Shown: positions 33,607 to 45,937 of the stretch, piece after piece
Numbering within the stretch: position 1 is the stretch's first letter
Layout of the letters: each line of letters opens with the position of its first letter
NCBI GenBank assembly: GCA_025594325.1
Contig: JANHCV010000012.1
Coordinates: 620,001 to 684,000, forward strand
Direction: 5' to 3'
Origin: Blastocladiella emersonii ATCC 22665
Taxonomy: Eukaryota > Fungi > Blastocladiomycota
DNA length: 64,000 nucleotides
Notes under the pieces: model-generated
What the model saw: the letters and a program-made list of their open reading frames with translations, nothing else
Database searches by the model: none
Told to the model about the DNA's origin: nothing
Program-made: the position numbers and the translations under genes

Positions 33607-36152
33607 ATGGATCAATTCGCGCGCAACCTCGTGCGGTCGTACGCGCCGCTGCCGCCCACGTCCAACGCGGACCAGCCTGCTGCCGCTGCTCCCGCATCCC
33701 GGCCAGGGACGGGTGCCGGCACGGGTGCGACGACGGCGCAGGGCCGGGCGGTCGAAGACTTTCTGTCGTCGACGTTCGGGTCGGGCGGCGGCGCGCTGTT
33801 CGGCAAGGTGCGCGAGCTCGAGGACATCATGCAGTCGGTCAAGTCGACGATCCAGCAGCACAGCTCGGCGCTGCTCGACCTGCGCGGCCAGGTGTCCGAG
33901 TACGTCATTCTTTTGTATCATGGGTTCGAGGGATCGTGTGCGTGCGGGTCCACGCGGGCGGTGGGGCCGCGAAGGATGGCACCGTGTCGCAGCCGCCGTG
34001 GATGGCATCACTCGGCGGAGTCGCGGCGGCGGCGGTCGGTGGTGGTCGCCGCCCTCGCCACACGCCGCTCCCCCCGACCAGAAAAGCACCCGCTCCCGGC
34101 ATCCCCTCCCTCTCTCTCCCTGCCCGCGAGACACTAACGTCTCCCCCATTCATGCATCGCTGAAGCGTCAAGGACACGATCCACACCACCGCCACCGCCC
34201 AGGCCTCGTCGATCGGCACCCCGCCCTCGGACCTGCACGGCGCCTACGCCACCACCAACCTGCTCGACCAGGTCGACTCGGTCGTCGACGACGTGGACGC
34301 GGACTACCCGCTGCACTCGCGCCGCTACTCTCGTCAGCGCCAGCAGCACTCGCTCCACGACAGCGGCATCTCCTCCACCGTCTACCCGCCCCCCGACAAC
34401 GCGCACGCCATGCCGCCGCCGCCGCCGCCCGCCGTCGACTCGTTCCTGTCCAACATCCTGACCCACCACGCGCCCCCGCAGCCCGAGGAGCAGGACGCCA
34501 TGGACGTCGACCTGCGCCTCAACCGCATGTCGCGCACCCTCGAGTCGCTCATCTCGGACGCGCGATCGGTCCTCTCGACGCCCGGCGACTCGGACGACCC
34601 GCCCACCTCGTCGCCGCGCGGGTCGTACGACGAGGACGCCGAGGACGCCGAGGAGGACGACGATGATGTCTACTCGGTGACCTCGTTCCGCTCCACCCCG
34701 CTCATGCGGTCCACGCGCGCCCGGCTGCTTCGGACTCGCAGCAGCTACGCCGGTGGCAGCGTCCCGCCACCGCTCCAGCCGCCGTCAGGCGGATCGCACC
34801 GCCGCCGCAGCCCGCTCGGCTCGCCCGTCGACGCCTCGGTGGGGGACCGCGACCCGGACGTCCTCGCCGCGCGCCGCGCCCAACGCCGCGCGACCATCCT
34901 GAACCCCGAGGGCGTCGCCGCGGCCACCGGCGGGTCGGGCGCGCACCAGGCGACGCTCGACGCGCTCAACGGCTCCCATCCGCGCCCTGCATCTTCCGTC
35001 GGTGGCCGCCGCCCGCCCATCCCGCAGCCGCACACGCCCGCGACCCCGACGTCCGTCGCGCCCGTCGGCGCCGAGCAGTTCCGCGCCAACCCGCGCGTCG
35101 CCGGGTTCCCGCCGCACATGTTCGACTACCCGGCCTCGTCCAATGGGGATCTCGACTCGATGACGACGGCGCGGTCGCCCGTCTACGACGCCGACTCGGG
35201 CACCCGCATCCGCCGCTCCGACCTCCCGCTGCCGCGGCACCCCGGCCGCCCGTCGTCCGTCGTCGGCGGCGTCTACCCGCCGCCGCCCGCCGACTACTAC
35301 CCGCCGAGCCCGCCGCGGTCCGGCCTCGGCGTTTCGCCAAACCCGAACGTCGCCGCCGCGTACTACGACGACGACCTCGACTTCGCCTTCGACGCGCGGT
35401 CCGAGTTCTCGGTCACCCCGTCCGAGTCGCCGTCGGGCTACTTCCGCGTCCCGCCCACGCCGCACGCGATGCCCTCGGTGGCGTATCATGCACCGCCCGA
35501 GCGCCCGCGGTACGCGGCGTCGGTCTTTTCGGACTTTTCGGCGCGCATGGGCCTGAGCCCGGCGCAGCGCGCGAGTATGATGGCCGCGCAGCAGGCGGCG
35601 CCGGTGCCGATGGTCCCCGCGTTCACGCGCGCGGCCAGTCAAGTGGGCCCGAACGGCGGGTCCGCGGCGTCGACGCTCGCCGCCGCCATGCACGGCGCCC
35701 CCGCGCACATGGTGCCCGACCCGACGGCGCTCCTCGAGCCGGTCCCGCCCGGGTCGGTCCTCCACAGCGGCGGGAGCGAGTCGGCGACCGCGACGCCCGA
35801 GGAAGACCGCGCCTCCGCGGCCCCGCAAGCGGCGAGCGGGTTCCTGGGTCTCGGCCCGAAACGCTGGCTCGCGATCGTCGTGGCGGGCTACTGGGTGCTC
35901 GACTCGACGGCGTTCCTGTGGTTCCTGTTCGTCCTCGGCACGCTGTTCCTCGGGATCAAGGGGCTCTGGCAGTGGGTCGCGGAGCTGTCCGAGGATATCG
36001 TCGAGCTCATGATCCTCGACACGGCCGCGGCAGCGCGGAGCGTGCCTGGAAAGGAGGATAAGAAGAGTAGGAAGAAGGGAGGAGACCGCAGCGTCAGCCG
36101 AAAGCGGCGCAGCAAGTCCGCGAAGCGCGATCCCGCGGCGGTCGCGGCGTAG
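33607..36152 (+). CDS. Disordered Pro/Ser-rich protein with short coiled-coil segments and a C-terminal hydrophobic hairpin (intron 33900-34165)
   Basis: ATG with CACC context. A GTACGT...CTAAC...GAAG intron joins in frame to ORF 34293. TM segment WLAIVVAGYWVLDSTAFLWFLFVLGTLFLGIKGLW. Confidence 0.7.
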
Positions 36153-36203
36153 ATGGACAAGTGGAATGGTGAATACACGGTTTTGAATATATCTCTCACT
36201 AGA

Positions 36204-37682
36204 CTACTTCCTCGCGCGCTTCCTTGGCCGCTCCGCTTCCTCATCCCGCTCAGGCGACGACGGCGGCGCGCTCGGCGCGGGTACGAGCTCGGCCACATCA
36301 ACCTGGAGCCCCACGACCTCGTCGACCATCTCCGGCGGCACCCCCGCCCGCCCCGCCCACAACGCCTCCCTTGCCGCCGCGTACGCCTCGGGGACGACCG
36401 CCAGCATCACGAGCGCCTTGTACGTGACGAGCTCCGCCGATTCCCCCCAATGCCGCGCGAGATGGAACGCGAACCACCACGCGCGCCGCCACTTGAACAA
36501 GCTTGGCACCTCGTCGGGGTAACGGTACACGAGGTGCGTCAGGAGCTGCCACTGTTCGAGCGAGTGCACGGGGAAGTCCCATTCGGCGACGGCCGCGGCG
36601 CGGGACGCGGGGGTCGAGGAGTCGAGCCAGTCCTCGGTGAGAGCGACCGCCGCGCGCCCGTCCGCGGGCAGGACGAGGGACGGGTCGAGCCACGCGGCGG
36701 CAAGTGTCGGGTCGGTCTCCCCGTCGTCGTCGAGCTCGAGCTCGATGGCGTGGGAAGTGACGAGGGCGAGCACGTGTTCGCGCGAGCGCATCAGGACGGC
36801 GGCTGGCAGGTCGGGTGAGGGGGTGCAGGCGGCCAGGGCGGCGAGCGATTTGCCCAGGACGGCGGGGATGAGCGTCGAGAGGCCCGCCGAGGAGAGGAAC
36901 CGCGTGTAGTGCGCGAGGTACCGTGTCGAGGCCGGGTGTACGGCGTGCAGCCGCTCGAACGCGTGCCGTGCAGCGGCGCGGTACTGCGCCGCGAGCGTGC
37001 GCGCCTGCGACGCGGCGCCCGTGCCGAACTGCGACGAGGTCGGCTGTTGTTGGTAGGCTGGAATGGCGGGCTCCTCCTCCTCCTCCTCCTCCTCCTCCTT
37101 CCCGTCGTCGTCCGAGCCAGCCTTGACCTCGGTCTCCTCGGCCGGCTCGCGGTCTGCCTCCCACAGCTGCACCGCGACGAGCGCATACGTCCCGAGCACC
37201 CGCTCGTCCTCGGCGAACGGGTACTGCGAGACCAGCGGCTCGAGCGTCGCGAACGCCTCGGCCGCCTCCCCCGCGAGCACCTGGTGCAGCGCCAGCTCGA
37301 CGGCCATCGCCGGCCGGTCCGCATCGTTGGGGGAGTCGAGCGACAGCAGCGCGCGCAGGAACCGGACCACCGACTGCGGCGTGACCCGCGGGTCCGAGGC
37401 GGACTGCAGGCCGCGCAGCACCGCGACGCCCGCGGGCCAGACCACCCCCAAATCGGGGGAGGGCGCGCGGACGTAGGCGAGCAGGAGGTGCAGCGCGTCG
37501 GCCCACCGGTGCTGGGAGAGGCAGGTGCGCAGGCCCTCGAGGGTCGCCGCGCGGAAGGACTCGGCGACGACGAGCGCGCGGTGCGTGCCGAGGAACGAGC
37601 GGTCGGCGTGGAAGGGCGAGGCGGCGGATGAGGGCGGGAGGCGCGGGCGCCGGGTGCGCGGCTGGAGCGTGGCGCGCGGCAT
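36204..37682 (-). CDS. Probable RNA polymerase I initiation factor subunit (Rrn11/TAF1A-like, TPR-type)
   Basis: WADALHLL, ELALHQVLAGEAAEAFATLEPLVSQYPFAEDERV and a C-terminal basic NLS resemble the Rrn11/TAF1A pattern (recognised by eye). Confidence 0.6.
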   Translation of the reverse strand: MPRATLQPRTRRPRLPPSSAASPFHADRSFLGTHRALVVAESFRAATLEGLRTCLSQHRWADALHLLLAYVRAPSPDLGVVWPAGVAVLRGLQSASDPRVTPQSVVRFLRALLSLDSPNDADRPAMAVELALHQVLAGEAAEAFATLEPLVSQYPFAEDERVLGTYALVAVQLWEADREPAEETEVKAGSDDDGKEEEEEEEEEPAIPAYQQQPTSSQFGTGAASQARTLAAQYRAAARHAFERLHAVHPASTRYLAHYTRFLSSAGLSTLIPAVLGKSLAALAACTPSPDLPAAVLMRSREHVLALVTSHAIELELDDDGETDPTLAAAWLDPSLVLPADGRAAVALTEDWLDSSTPASRAAAVAEWDFPVHSLEQWQLLTHLVYRYPDEVPSLFKWRRAWWFAFHLARHWGESAELVTYKALVMLAVVPEAYAAAREALWAGRAGVPPEMVDEVVGLQVDVAELVPAPSAPPSSPERDEEAERPRKRARK

Positions 37683-37865
37683 GGTCCCTTAACGTTGCAT
37701 CGAGTGGTGGTGGTGCTTCATGGAAGTGTGAGGAGGGAGGAGGAGGGGGAGGGACGAGGCGGAGGTGAGGGCGCACGTGGCGGCGGCCGATCAACTCACC
37801 ACGTCGGCGCGCCCCCGCTCGTCTTCCTCCCCCTCTCCGTGCCGTAGAGCGTCGTCACAAGAACC

Positions 37866-39977
37866 ATGTATCGCGCACGCCTCCTGCACCGGGCCGCTGC
37901 CGCCCGCCCATGGCTCGCGGGCGCTGCTGCCGCTGCCGTGACCCGGCCCGCCGTGGCCCGCGTCGTCGCTGCCCGTAAGGTCGCCGCCGCCCCGCAGGCG
38001 TACTACGCCTCGCTGTCGGCCGCGTCTTCTCCGGCCGCGGCTCCCGCTGAGGCGCCCGCCGCTGAGGCACCCGTTGCTGCGCCGCTGGCGGACCCCACCA
38101 CGCCGATGCACGTCGAGGTCGCCGCGGCGCTCGACCGGATCCTGGCGCTCCCCGAGCTGTCCACCAAGTGGTCGCGCCGCCTCGCCTTCGCGGCCGAGCG
38201 CGACTGGGACGGTCCGCTCAAGGTTTTGGTCGTCGCGGACCGCCACGTCGGCCGCGCCGCGCTCGTCAACGCGCTGCTCGGGTACCCGGACGGCCGCGCC
38301 GCCGTCGACGAGACGTGGGGCGCCGACTTTGCCGACACGATCCGCATCACCAAGGGCGACGCGTGGGCCGAGGAGACGGTCGACGGCGGGATCCGCCGCA
38401 TCAAGGTCCCGCACTCCCCCCTCCTGGCGGATGCGGAGTTGACGCTCGCCCCCGCGCTCCCGCACGTCACCAACGTCTCGGACCTCAACACGCTCGCGAC
38501 CAAGCACGACCTCGTGCTCGTCGTCACCGACACCCCGCGCCACCTCAGCACCGCGCGCGAGGAGCTGTTTGTCGCCGCGCACCGCGACCGCCGCCCGCTC
38601 GTCGTCGCCGTGAACGGGACCGACTACCTCGCCAACGAGGCCGTCGAGCTGCCCCGTATCCTCGCCGCCGTCCGCGCGCGCGTCCCGCACGCCGACGCCG
38701 TGTTCCCCGTCTCGACGCGCCGCGCCGCCGTCGCCCAGTACCTGTCGTCCGCGACCAGTGATGGGGATAGCGGCGTCCCGGCGCTCGCCGAGCACCTCCG
38801 CCGCACCGCCGCCGCCGGCCCCGCGCGCGCTCAGCTCAAGTACCGCTCGGCGCTCGCCACCGCGCGCGACGCGCTCGACCATCTCGACGCGCAGCTTGCG
38901 ACCGCCGGCGACCGGCTCGCGGCGCTCGACCGCGCGTTCCAGCGCCGCGTCACCGACCGGGTTTTGGGGGATCAGCGCCGCCTCCTGACCGAGTTCCACG
39001 ACCGCGACCTGCGCGCCGTCGCGGACGCCGTGGCGCGTATCCAGGCGTCGATCCGCGGGTTCTTTGACGCTACGCCCTTCTGGAAACTGTTCTGGCACGC
39101 CGACGGTGTGGGTGCGGCGCTCCGCGCGCATCTCCGCTCGCACCTGCTTTCGGAAGCGGAGGCGCGGATGGCGTTCGCGTCCGGCCGGCTCGGCGAGGGG
39201 CTGCGGTACCTCTACGCCGGCGTCGAGGCCACCGTCGCGGAGCTGCACCGCGGCGGCGAGGCTGCGCCCACGGCCGCGGGGACGGCGTGGCCCGCGGCCG
39301 ACTCGGTTTCCGCCGCCGCTTCCGCCAAATCCGAGGAATCGACGGCCTCCGTCGCCGCGACCGAAGCCGCCGCGACCGACTCGGAGCCCCTCGCCGCGCC
39401 GGCGCCCGAGATCGTGGACCCGGCGCTCGAGCCGATGCTCACGTTCCTGGACCGCATGCAGGACCTGGTCGCCCGCGACGCCGCCGCGCACGCAAACGTC
39501 GACCCGTTCGCCCTCTCCAACGTCGTGTGGCGGTTCCGCGCCCAGTTCGAGCAGGGCGACTACGCCGACCACGTCCGCGCCCACGCCGAGTCCCTTGTCC
39601 TGCGGACCGCGGCCGCGCAGGGCGCCGCCGTCGTCGGCACGCTGCTCGCGGTTGTCAACGGGATCGACCCCGCGCTCGCCGTCCCCGCGGGTGTCGTGGG
39701 AAGCGCGGCCAGTCTGGCGTGGATGCGCGGCGAGTGGGGCAAGTTCGAGGACAAGTACATCAAGCTGACGGGCGAGCTCCAGGACGCGATGCGCGCGGAT
39801 CTCCTCGGCGCGTACCACGGCCTCGTCAACGATAAGCTCACGGTGCCCATGTCCAACCTCGTCGACGTCTATGACCAGGCCGTCCGCGATAACGCCGAGC
39901 ATATCGATGCGCGCCGCGCGGAGGTTGCCAAGGTGCGCGCGGTGGTGGATGGGCTGATCAAGCGGATTGACGCGTAG
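37866..39977 (+). CDS. Mmc1-like mitochondrial dynamin-related protein
   Basis: Arg/Ala presequence, a degenerate P-loop region KVLVVADRHVGRAALVNALLG, DLVLVVTD, FWKLFW, and a C-terminal membrane hairpin followed by W. Confidence 0.65.
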   Translation: MYRARLLHRAAAARPWLAGAAAAAVTRPAVARVVAARKVAAAPQAYYASLSAASSPAAAPAEAPAAEAPVAAPLADPTTPMHVEVAAALDRILALPELSTKWSRRLAFAAERDWDGPLKVLVVADRHVGRAALVNALLGYPDGRAAVDETWGADFADTIRITKGDAWAEETVDGGIRRIKVPHSPLLADAELTLAPALPHVTNVSDLNTLATKHDLVLVVTDTPRHLSTAREELFVAAHRDRRPLVVAVNGTDYLANEAVELPRILAAVRARVPHADAVFPVSTRRAAVAQYLSSATSDGDSGVPALAEHLRRTAAAGPARAQLKYRSALATARDALDHLDAQLATAGDRLAALDRAFQRRVTDRVLGDQRRLLTEFHDRDLRAVADAVARIQASIRGFFDATPFWKLFWHADGVGAALRAHLRSHLLSEAEARMAFASGRLGEGLRYLYAGVEATVAELHRGGEAAPTAAGTAWPAADSVSAAASAKSEESTASVAATEAAATDSEPLAAPAPEIVDPALEPMLTFLDRMQDLVARDAAAHANVDPFALSNVVWRFRAQFEQGDYADHVRAHAESLVLRTAAAQGAAVVGTLLAVVNGIDPALAVPAGVVGSAASLAWMRGEWGKFEDKYIKLTGELQDAMRADLLGAYHGLVNDKLTVPMSNLVDVYDQAVRDNAEHIDARRAEVAKVRAVVDGLIKRIDA

Positions 39978-40805
39978 GTGGTGAGGCGAGCGAGGCGATG
40001 CGGAAATGTATGACGGTTGAGTATGAGCTTGGAAACTGGTTCGGGGCTGCGGAGGGGCGAGCCAGCGCGAGAAGCTTTACGGGTGAAGTAGGGCCGACAC
40101 GCTTTATGGCTCAAACTGATCCACCACGGCGGCCATCTGTGAGGTTTGCGCGTGCGCGGACGACGGCCAGGACCTCGCGATAGCGCCCCAAGGAACAGGC
40201 TACGTCGCCGCTGCGGGCGCCGCGCTCAGCAGCGCTCCGCCATGCATCGCGCTTGCTCTTGCAGCACTCGGCGCGCGTAAGGGATGGGCCAAGCTGCGAC
40301 CAAGCTGCTGGTACAGTAGCTGAGAGACTTTCTTGCCAGGGTCGCTTAGTAGCTGTCGTCACGGAAGCGTCGCTCGCTGCTTTGGGCTGAGCTGATCTTC
40401 GGAGCTGACAAAGTGTTTCGCTCGGTGCTCCCACCGGCTAAAACTGTTTCATCTACATCTATACGCCAGATATAATGACCTTCGTCCGAAGAGCGACCAC
40501 GAAGGCCGCGCAACCAATCGAGCGCGTCGCGTCGCTCTCCCCAGCCATATCCAGGCAAGCTCTTCGATGGAGAGGGCTTTGTATGAACTCGGTTATCCCA
40601 CGGCTGCACGGCAGCTCAGCGGCATTGCGAAGCTCCTGGAGACAGCGGGAGGCAGGGGCAGAGACGCGTTGCGATATCATGTGAGGCTCACGCGAGCGGT
40701 GATTCAGGTTCTGATCAAGCCGCTTGCGGCTCACTGGCGGCAGAACCCCTGCTGGCGGTCGTCGCTCCTCCGTAAACCACTACCATCAAGCGAAAACCGG
40801 CTACC

Positions 40806-43207
40806 ATGAAGCAAAACTTGATGCAACCGACCCGACGCGGGAAATGAGACACCCACAAGCTTCCGCTTGCCGATCTCCCGACCGAACTTCTCGCCGCGGT
40901 GCTTCAGCTCGCGAGGCCGCGCGACCGCGTGCTTACCGCGAGCCGCAAGCTCCAGGCCCTTGTTGCCCAGCCCGACGTCTCGTACATCTGGAACCGCCGT
41001 CGGCTGTCCCCGTGGATTTGGACCGCACTTCGCCAAAGCGGCTACTACCGCAAGCTGCCCGCCACTGACCTTTCCGAGTACCTCTCACAAGCCAAGCCGA
41101 GGCAGCTGTCCAATCCCGGCCGAAGCTTCTATCGCGCTGCCTCGGGCGTTTTTCTCCGCATGATTCAGCTCGGCTCGGCCGCAGCGGGCAAGCTTGATCC
41201 GACTCGGTTCTCTGCAGCTTTTGACGCGCTCGAATTCGGCCCCAAGGACGACTCGGACCTCTCTTTGGGGTGGGAGTCGTCAGAATCGGAGCCCGAGTCA
41301 GAGTCAGTAGCTGACCCCGAATCTGAATCTGAATCTGAATCTGAATCTGAATCTGAATCCGAATCCGAATCCGAATCCGAATCCGAATCCGAATCCCAAT
41401 TCGAGTCCGAAGATTTTTCGGGCTCGGAGGAGGCGAACGAGGAAGAGGAGGACGACGGCGCTGAGCCTGACGAGAGCGACTCGCTTGTCAACACAAGCGA
41501 TGACGAAACGGTCTTGTCCACGAGCTTCAAGCCCAAGGTTCCCTCATACCTCGCATCGCCCGTCATTGCTCAGTTCCAGCTTCTCGTTTTTGTCGCCCTG
41601 CAAGGCGACGAGGATTTGTCTCGGCGGCTACTGGACGATACTCATGCGCGCGCCCCCGGCCTGCTTCAACTTGCCCGCGACGACTGGTGCTGGATGCCTC
41701 CGATTTTCAACAGCTCTGGATACCATAACCATTTTGCTTACGCGGAACTTGGCCATCCGGTGACCTTGCGCAACTATCTGGCTCTCCGCGCGGTGTTTGC
41801 GTGGAACCCAGCGTTCCTGGAACAGCTGACCGAATCGGACCTCACGGTCACTTTGCCACCGCTTCGTAGCTCACACATGTTCAGTGTAAATTCGCTGCTC
41901 CGTCAATACTTTCCCGAGGACGACATCAAGGGAGTTACCAAGGTGACGCGCACGCTTGATTGGCTTTCCCGCTTCTCGCCATCAACTCTCGCTTGCTTGT
42001 TCAAGTCGCAGCTTGCTTCTTGTCTGAAGGAACTGACCCGGGATGTAATCCGCTCAACCGGTTTCCGTGATCCCATTGACACGGCAACTCTTACTTCTAT
42101 GCTGACGTACACGCTTACAAACGGCACTGGCGAGCTCGACAATCTCGCTGCTCGGATCGAGGAGCGTCTCCACAATGTTGTTCTCACTGGTACGTTGTCA
42201 GCAACCGTGCTGCAGTCTATTGAACTAACCGCGTTTCTTCTCTCGCACGTCGTTGCATCTCAGGCTTCTGGCTGTGCATATGCCCTGCCAATGCCGGCCA
42301 GCTTGACGATTTTGGTGCCTATGGTTTCTTCAAGTTTGCGTGTCTATTCCTGTCGGACAAGATGCCGCTTCTGCTTGCCGAGTTTGCTGAGTGTGTCGTG
42401 CAAGGGCGTGACCCGCGCAGGTACGCAGACTTGCGCAGCTACGAGCAACCCAGATTCCGTCTCAACCAGGAACTTCAAAGGCGCATCCATGCCGTCTTTA
42501 CTGGCTCAATTTATGGCCACGCGATGGACTACTTGAAGCTTCTCGCCGTGGTGCTTGCCAAAGTATCCGAGGACGACGTGCGCCACTGTGGGCTTGCAAG
42601 TTGGTGCGTCGTTATTGTGTTGCAGAAACCAGCGACGCGCGACGAGGCGATGCAAATGATTTCAACTCAACCGAGCTTGGCGCCAAAACTACTTGCCATC
42701 ATGATTGCGGAGCAGCTCTGCGCCAGCAAGCAGTCCTGCGCCTCGCTTCCTGTCGGGCCAGATGATGATGCATGGACTTGCTGCGAGTGTCCCCTTTCGG
42801 GCCAGGCGCCCTGGTTTGCAACCGTGTCTGATCTCATGAGCTTTGGCAACATCCTCACGCAGCTCCCTGCTTTTGCTGTCAACGCCCTTCGCGCGTGGCT
42901 CTGGTATGGACCGTGGGACCGCTTGCGCTATACCGTTGGTGCAGACGACCCGTACAGCAAATCTTATGACCCGCGGTATGGGGATCCTAACGATTTGCGC
43001 TCCAAATTCAACCGTAAGCTCACGAACATTCCGGTCGGGTGCAAAGCGCATAACACCAAGCTTCCTGTGCGCACGCTGGTCTCGATCCTTGCCCAGACCA
43101 ACCTCCACGGATTTCTCTCCATCATGTCCCCGTATGAGTTGGCGGCGCCCGATCTCTGGGCGCTTCTTCCGGATGGCGCACTGGACGCAGTCCGCAATCC
43201 CGCGTGA
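40806..43207 (+). pseudogene. F-box protein paralog A (single nonsense codon at 40845; intron 42190-42263)
   Basis: MKQNLMQ...K*DTHKLPLADLPTELLAAVLQLARP. TGA stands where paralog C has CGA. The rest splices in frame to the stop at 43207. Confidence 0.7.
41319..41396 (+). repeat. (GAATCT)6(GAATCC)7 hexamer repeat encoding (ES)13
   Basis: Read directly from the sequence; lies in the acidic loop of paralog A. Confidence 0.9.
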
Positions 43208-43406
43208 GTCCGGAACTTGATGGGCACGTGCGACCGCCGGGTCCGCAGCGCCGTGATCAAGCAGCTCAAGCGCGTTGCACCGGACGGCTCCTCCAAGCAG
43301 TCGTGAGCCACAGCAACAGAAGTAGAGACGATATAGTAAACACTTAGTACATGTATGAATTGTTTCTTAACGGTTATTCTCACTCGAATGGCCACGGCCT
43401 TGAAAG

Positions 43407-43448
43407 TGCGAGACGCGTTGAGATATCATATGATGCGTCGTGAGTGGC
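43407..43448 (+). promoter_or_regulatory. Representative copy of the dispersed GAGACGCGT...GATATCA..TGA...CGTGAGTGGC motif
   Basis: Related copies at 9311-9344(-), 16620-16646, 17584-17610, 26458-26484(-), 27422-27448(-), 40661-40684, 46442-46483, 48752-48778(-) and 58752-58788. Confidence 0.6.
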
Positions 43449-43520
43449 ACTCTCGTTTCAACTCTGCCGTCAAGCGGCTGCAATCGCGTGCACCGCCGCC
43501 GCTCTCCTGCCAACCACTCC

Positions 43521-45937
43521 CATGAAGCGAAAACCGGCTACCATGAAGCAAAACTCCATGCAATCGATCCCATGGAGAGGGCAGAGCGCTCCGAACCTTA
43601 CTCTGCACGACCTCCCAACCAAGGTCCTCACCGTGGTCGTGCAGCTCGCAAAGCCAAACGAAGGCGTGTTTACGGCCACGCGCCAACTTTGCCATGTCGC
43701 TTCGCAGCCCATGGTCTCTTGCTTATGGAACCCTCGTCGCCTGACCATCTGGTTTCGCAACGCGCCCCGCCGTTCGGACTTTTTCTGCAATGATCCCACC
43801 AACGATCTCGCCGAGTACATAAACAACGTCAAGCCGGGGGACTCCTTTTATCCTAACAGCAACTTCTTTCGTGCTGCCTCGAATGTTTTCCTGACTGCGA
43901 TGCAGCCCGTTTGTGTCGAGTGCGACTTCGATCCCGCTCGCCTCGCGGCTTTCGCCGACTTCCCCAAAGATCACTATCAAGATCAATCTGATGGAGATTC
44001 GGACACCGACCGTTTCGGCTACGAGGATGGCTATCATGAGTATCATTGTACCATTCGCCGCACGCCACTCCCGTCGTGCCTCAAACTTCCCGTGCTTGCG
44101 CAATTTCAGCTCCTCATTTCTGCCTTGATGCGGCGCGACAAGACCATCATCCACTCGGTGCTCAAGGGTACAATCCAGCGCGCGCCCGAGGTGCTTTGTA
44201 TCCCGCGCCGGGACTGACTCACCATCCCTCCGCACTTCTTTGGCTGCGGCTTTCGCCATGACCTATTGATGATTGAGCTCACTTGCCCCATGACCATGAC
44301 CATGCTCGATAATCTGACGCTTTGGGCCATCCTTACCTGGAATGTTGCGTTTCTCGAAACAATTACTGACTTGGGCCTCGCCATGGATGTCCCTGCTCTT
44401 GTTGACGCTTGCACGAACATCGACCTTGTGTATCGTTTCCTTGTAAAGAGTCTGAAGGCGGTCCCTTCACGACCGCGGATCCTTTGCGCACTCTTGATTG
44501 GCTCGCTGGTTCTGCGCAAGAAATTCTATTTAGCTTGTTCAAATCAAATGTCCACCGAGTGCTCCTCTTGCTTGATATGCGTGGAACACTTGTTCATGCT
44601 CTCACGGCTTACAGGGGTGAATTCCTGGCAACAGCGACCATAACGCCTAACGAGCTCGCCCAGCTCATGATTTTTACCTGTCAAGCAGGCTCCATGAAGC
44701 TGTTTCATTTCGCGGGCTCGAGCGGCAGGCTTCAGTTGGACACTCATCACTTGATTCTCCGACGTGCATTTAACACGGACACCGATCCATCGCTGCGCGA
44801 TCTCGTTGGGGAGGTCTCCTCGCGGCTCGGCTCAGAGCTCCCCGGCGTCCTCTTCCATTGTACGTAGCTTTCAACAAGTATCGTAGTGCAACAACGAATC
44901 TTCCTTGCTTACTCTCCACGTTCCACCTACGTGTAGTGCTTGGACTTTGTTTTAGCCCAGCTTGTGACGAGCTTGGCTTTCCTGCCGCTCAGCGCATCAT
45001 TTCCTTTGTTTACCAGCGCTTCTCTCACGAAATGCCTTCGCTCGTGAAACCGCTTGCCCGCTGCATTCGCTCGGGACGCAATCCGTTTGACGCAAAGAAG
45101 CGTATGCCACTTGCTAATCCATGCAAGCGCGTCGACGCGATTTTCGCCAACCCAACGAGCGACCGGATCATTGTCATGGGCCATTTTAAGCTTCTTGCGT
45201 TTATGCTTCTTGCTGGCCCGCTTGACGCCGAGACATGCGATTACACGTCCGCGCTTTGGATTCCAGTCGCAGCCTTGCAGAATCCCGCGACCCGGGACGA
45301 GGCTAAGCTCCGCATTCGTGACCAGCCGGGCCTCGCGCCTGTACATCTTGGATTCATGATTGCAGCGTTACTCGAGGAGGAAGCAACGACCCCGGGCTCG
45401 TTCGTTGTTGGTCCTAATGACACAGCAACGTGCGACCGCTGCCCGCTCTTGGGTCAGACGGCTTGGTTCGCGACCGTTTCGGATCTCTTGACTTTTGAAA
45501 ACGCACTTGCGCAGCTGCCGTCATTCGCCATCGATGTTCTCGGCAAGTTCACGGGGTACAGCTCCGTCCCATCGCCACCTCTTGTCACGTCCAACGACCG
45601 CTCTGGTCGGCCTGTCCAGAAACGTAAGTCCAGCTACATCAGCGAGTGCAAATTGAACGACCAGCGCGCGCTGACGCACCAGGCATGCGTTGCGCACAAC
45701 ACGGAGCTCCCCGCACGCGAACTTGTCAATCTTCTCGTGCAAACCGACCTTGACGGCTTTCTTCAAGCTATGCCAAAGAAGCATCTCATCACGCCCGACT
45801 TCTGGAAGCTCCTCCCAGACGGTGGTGCCCTGGATGCTGTTCGCGATCCTGCTTGGGTTCAGGATTTCGTCACCAATTGCACTGAAACTTTTCTTTCGGC
45901 GCACTTACAAATTGACCCTGGACCCCGGATGCATTGA
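43521..45937 (+). pseudogene. F-box protein paralog B (TGG>TGA at 44215-44217, frameshift near 44460, intron 44860-44936)
   Basis: MKRKPATMKQNSMQ...LTLHDLPTKVLTVVVQLAKP. Colinear with A across both exons. Confidence 0.75.

Noticed and set aside
40346-40609. Inverted fragment of the F-box family (RDALDWLRGL)
   Set aside because: Only a 5-6 residue resemblance (ALDWL), with no extended colinearity.
41319-41396. Interstitial telomeric repeat
   Set aside because: The hexamer is not TTAGGG-like and is in frame as (ES)n within an acidic loop shared with paralogs.
40845-44217. TGA reassigned to Trp (several in-frame TGAs in paralogs, MATE and LURP)
   Set aside because: TGA terminates several apparently intact genes (7076, 10040, 25566, 53867). 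The same pseudogenes also carry TAG stops or frameshifts, and one TGA replaces Arg rather than Trp.
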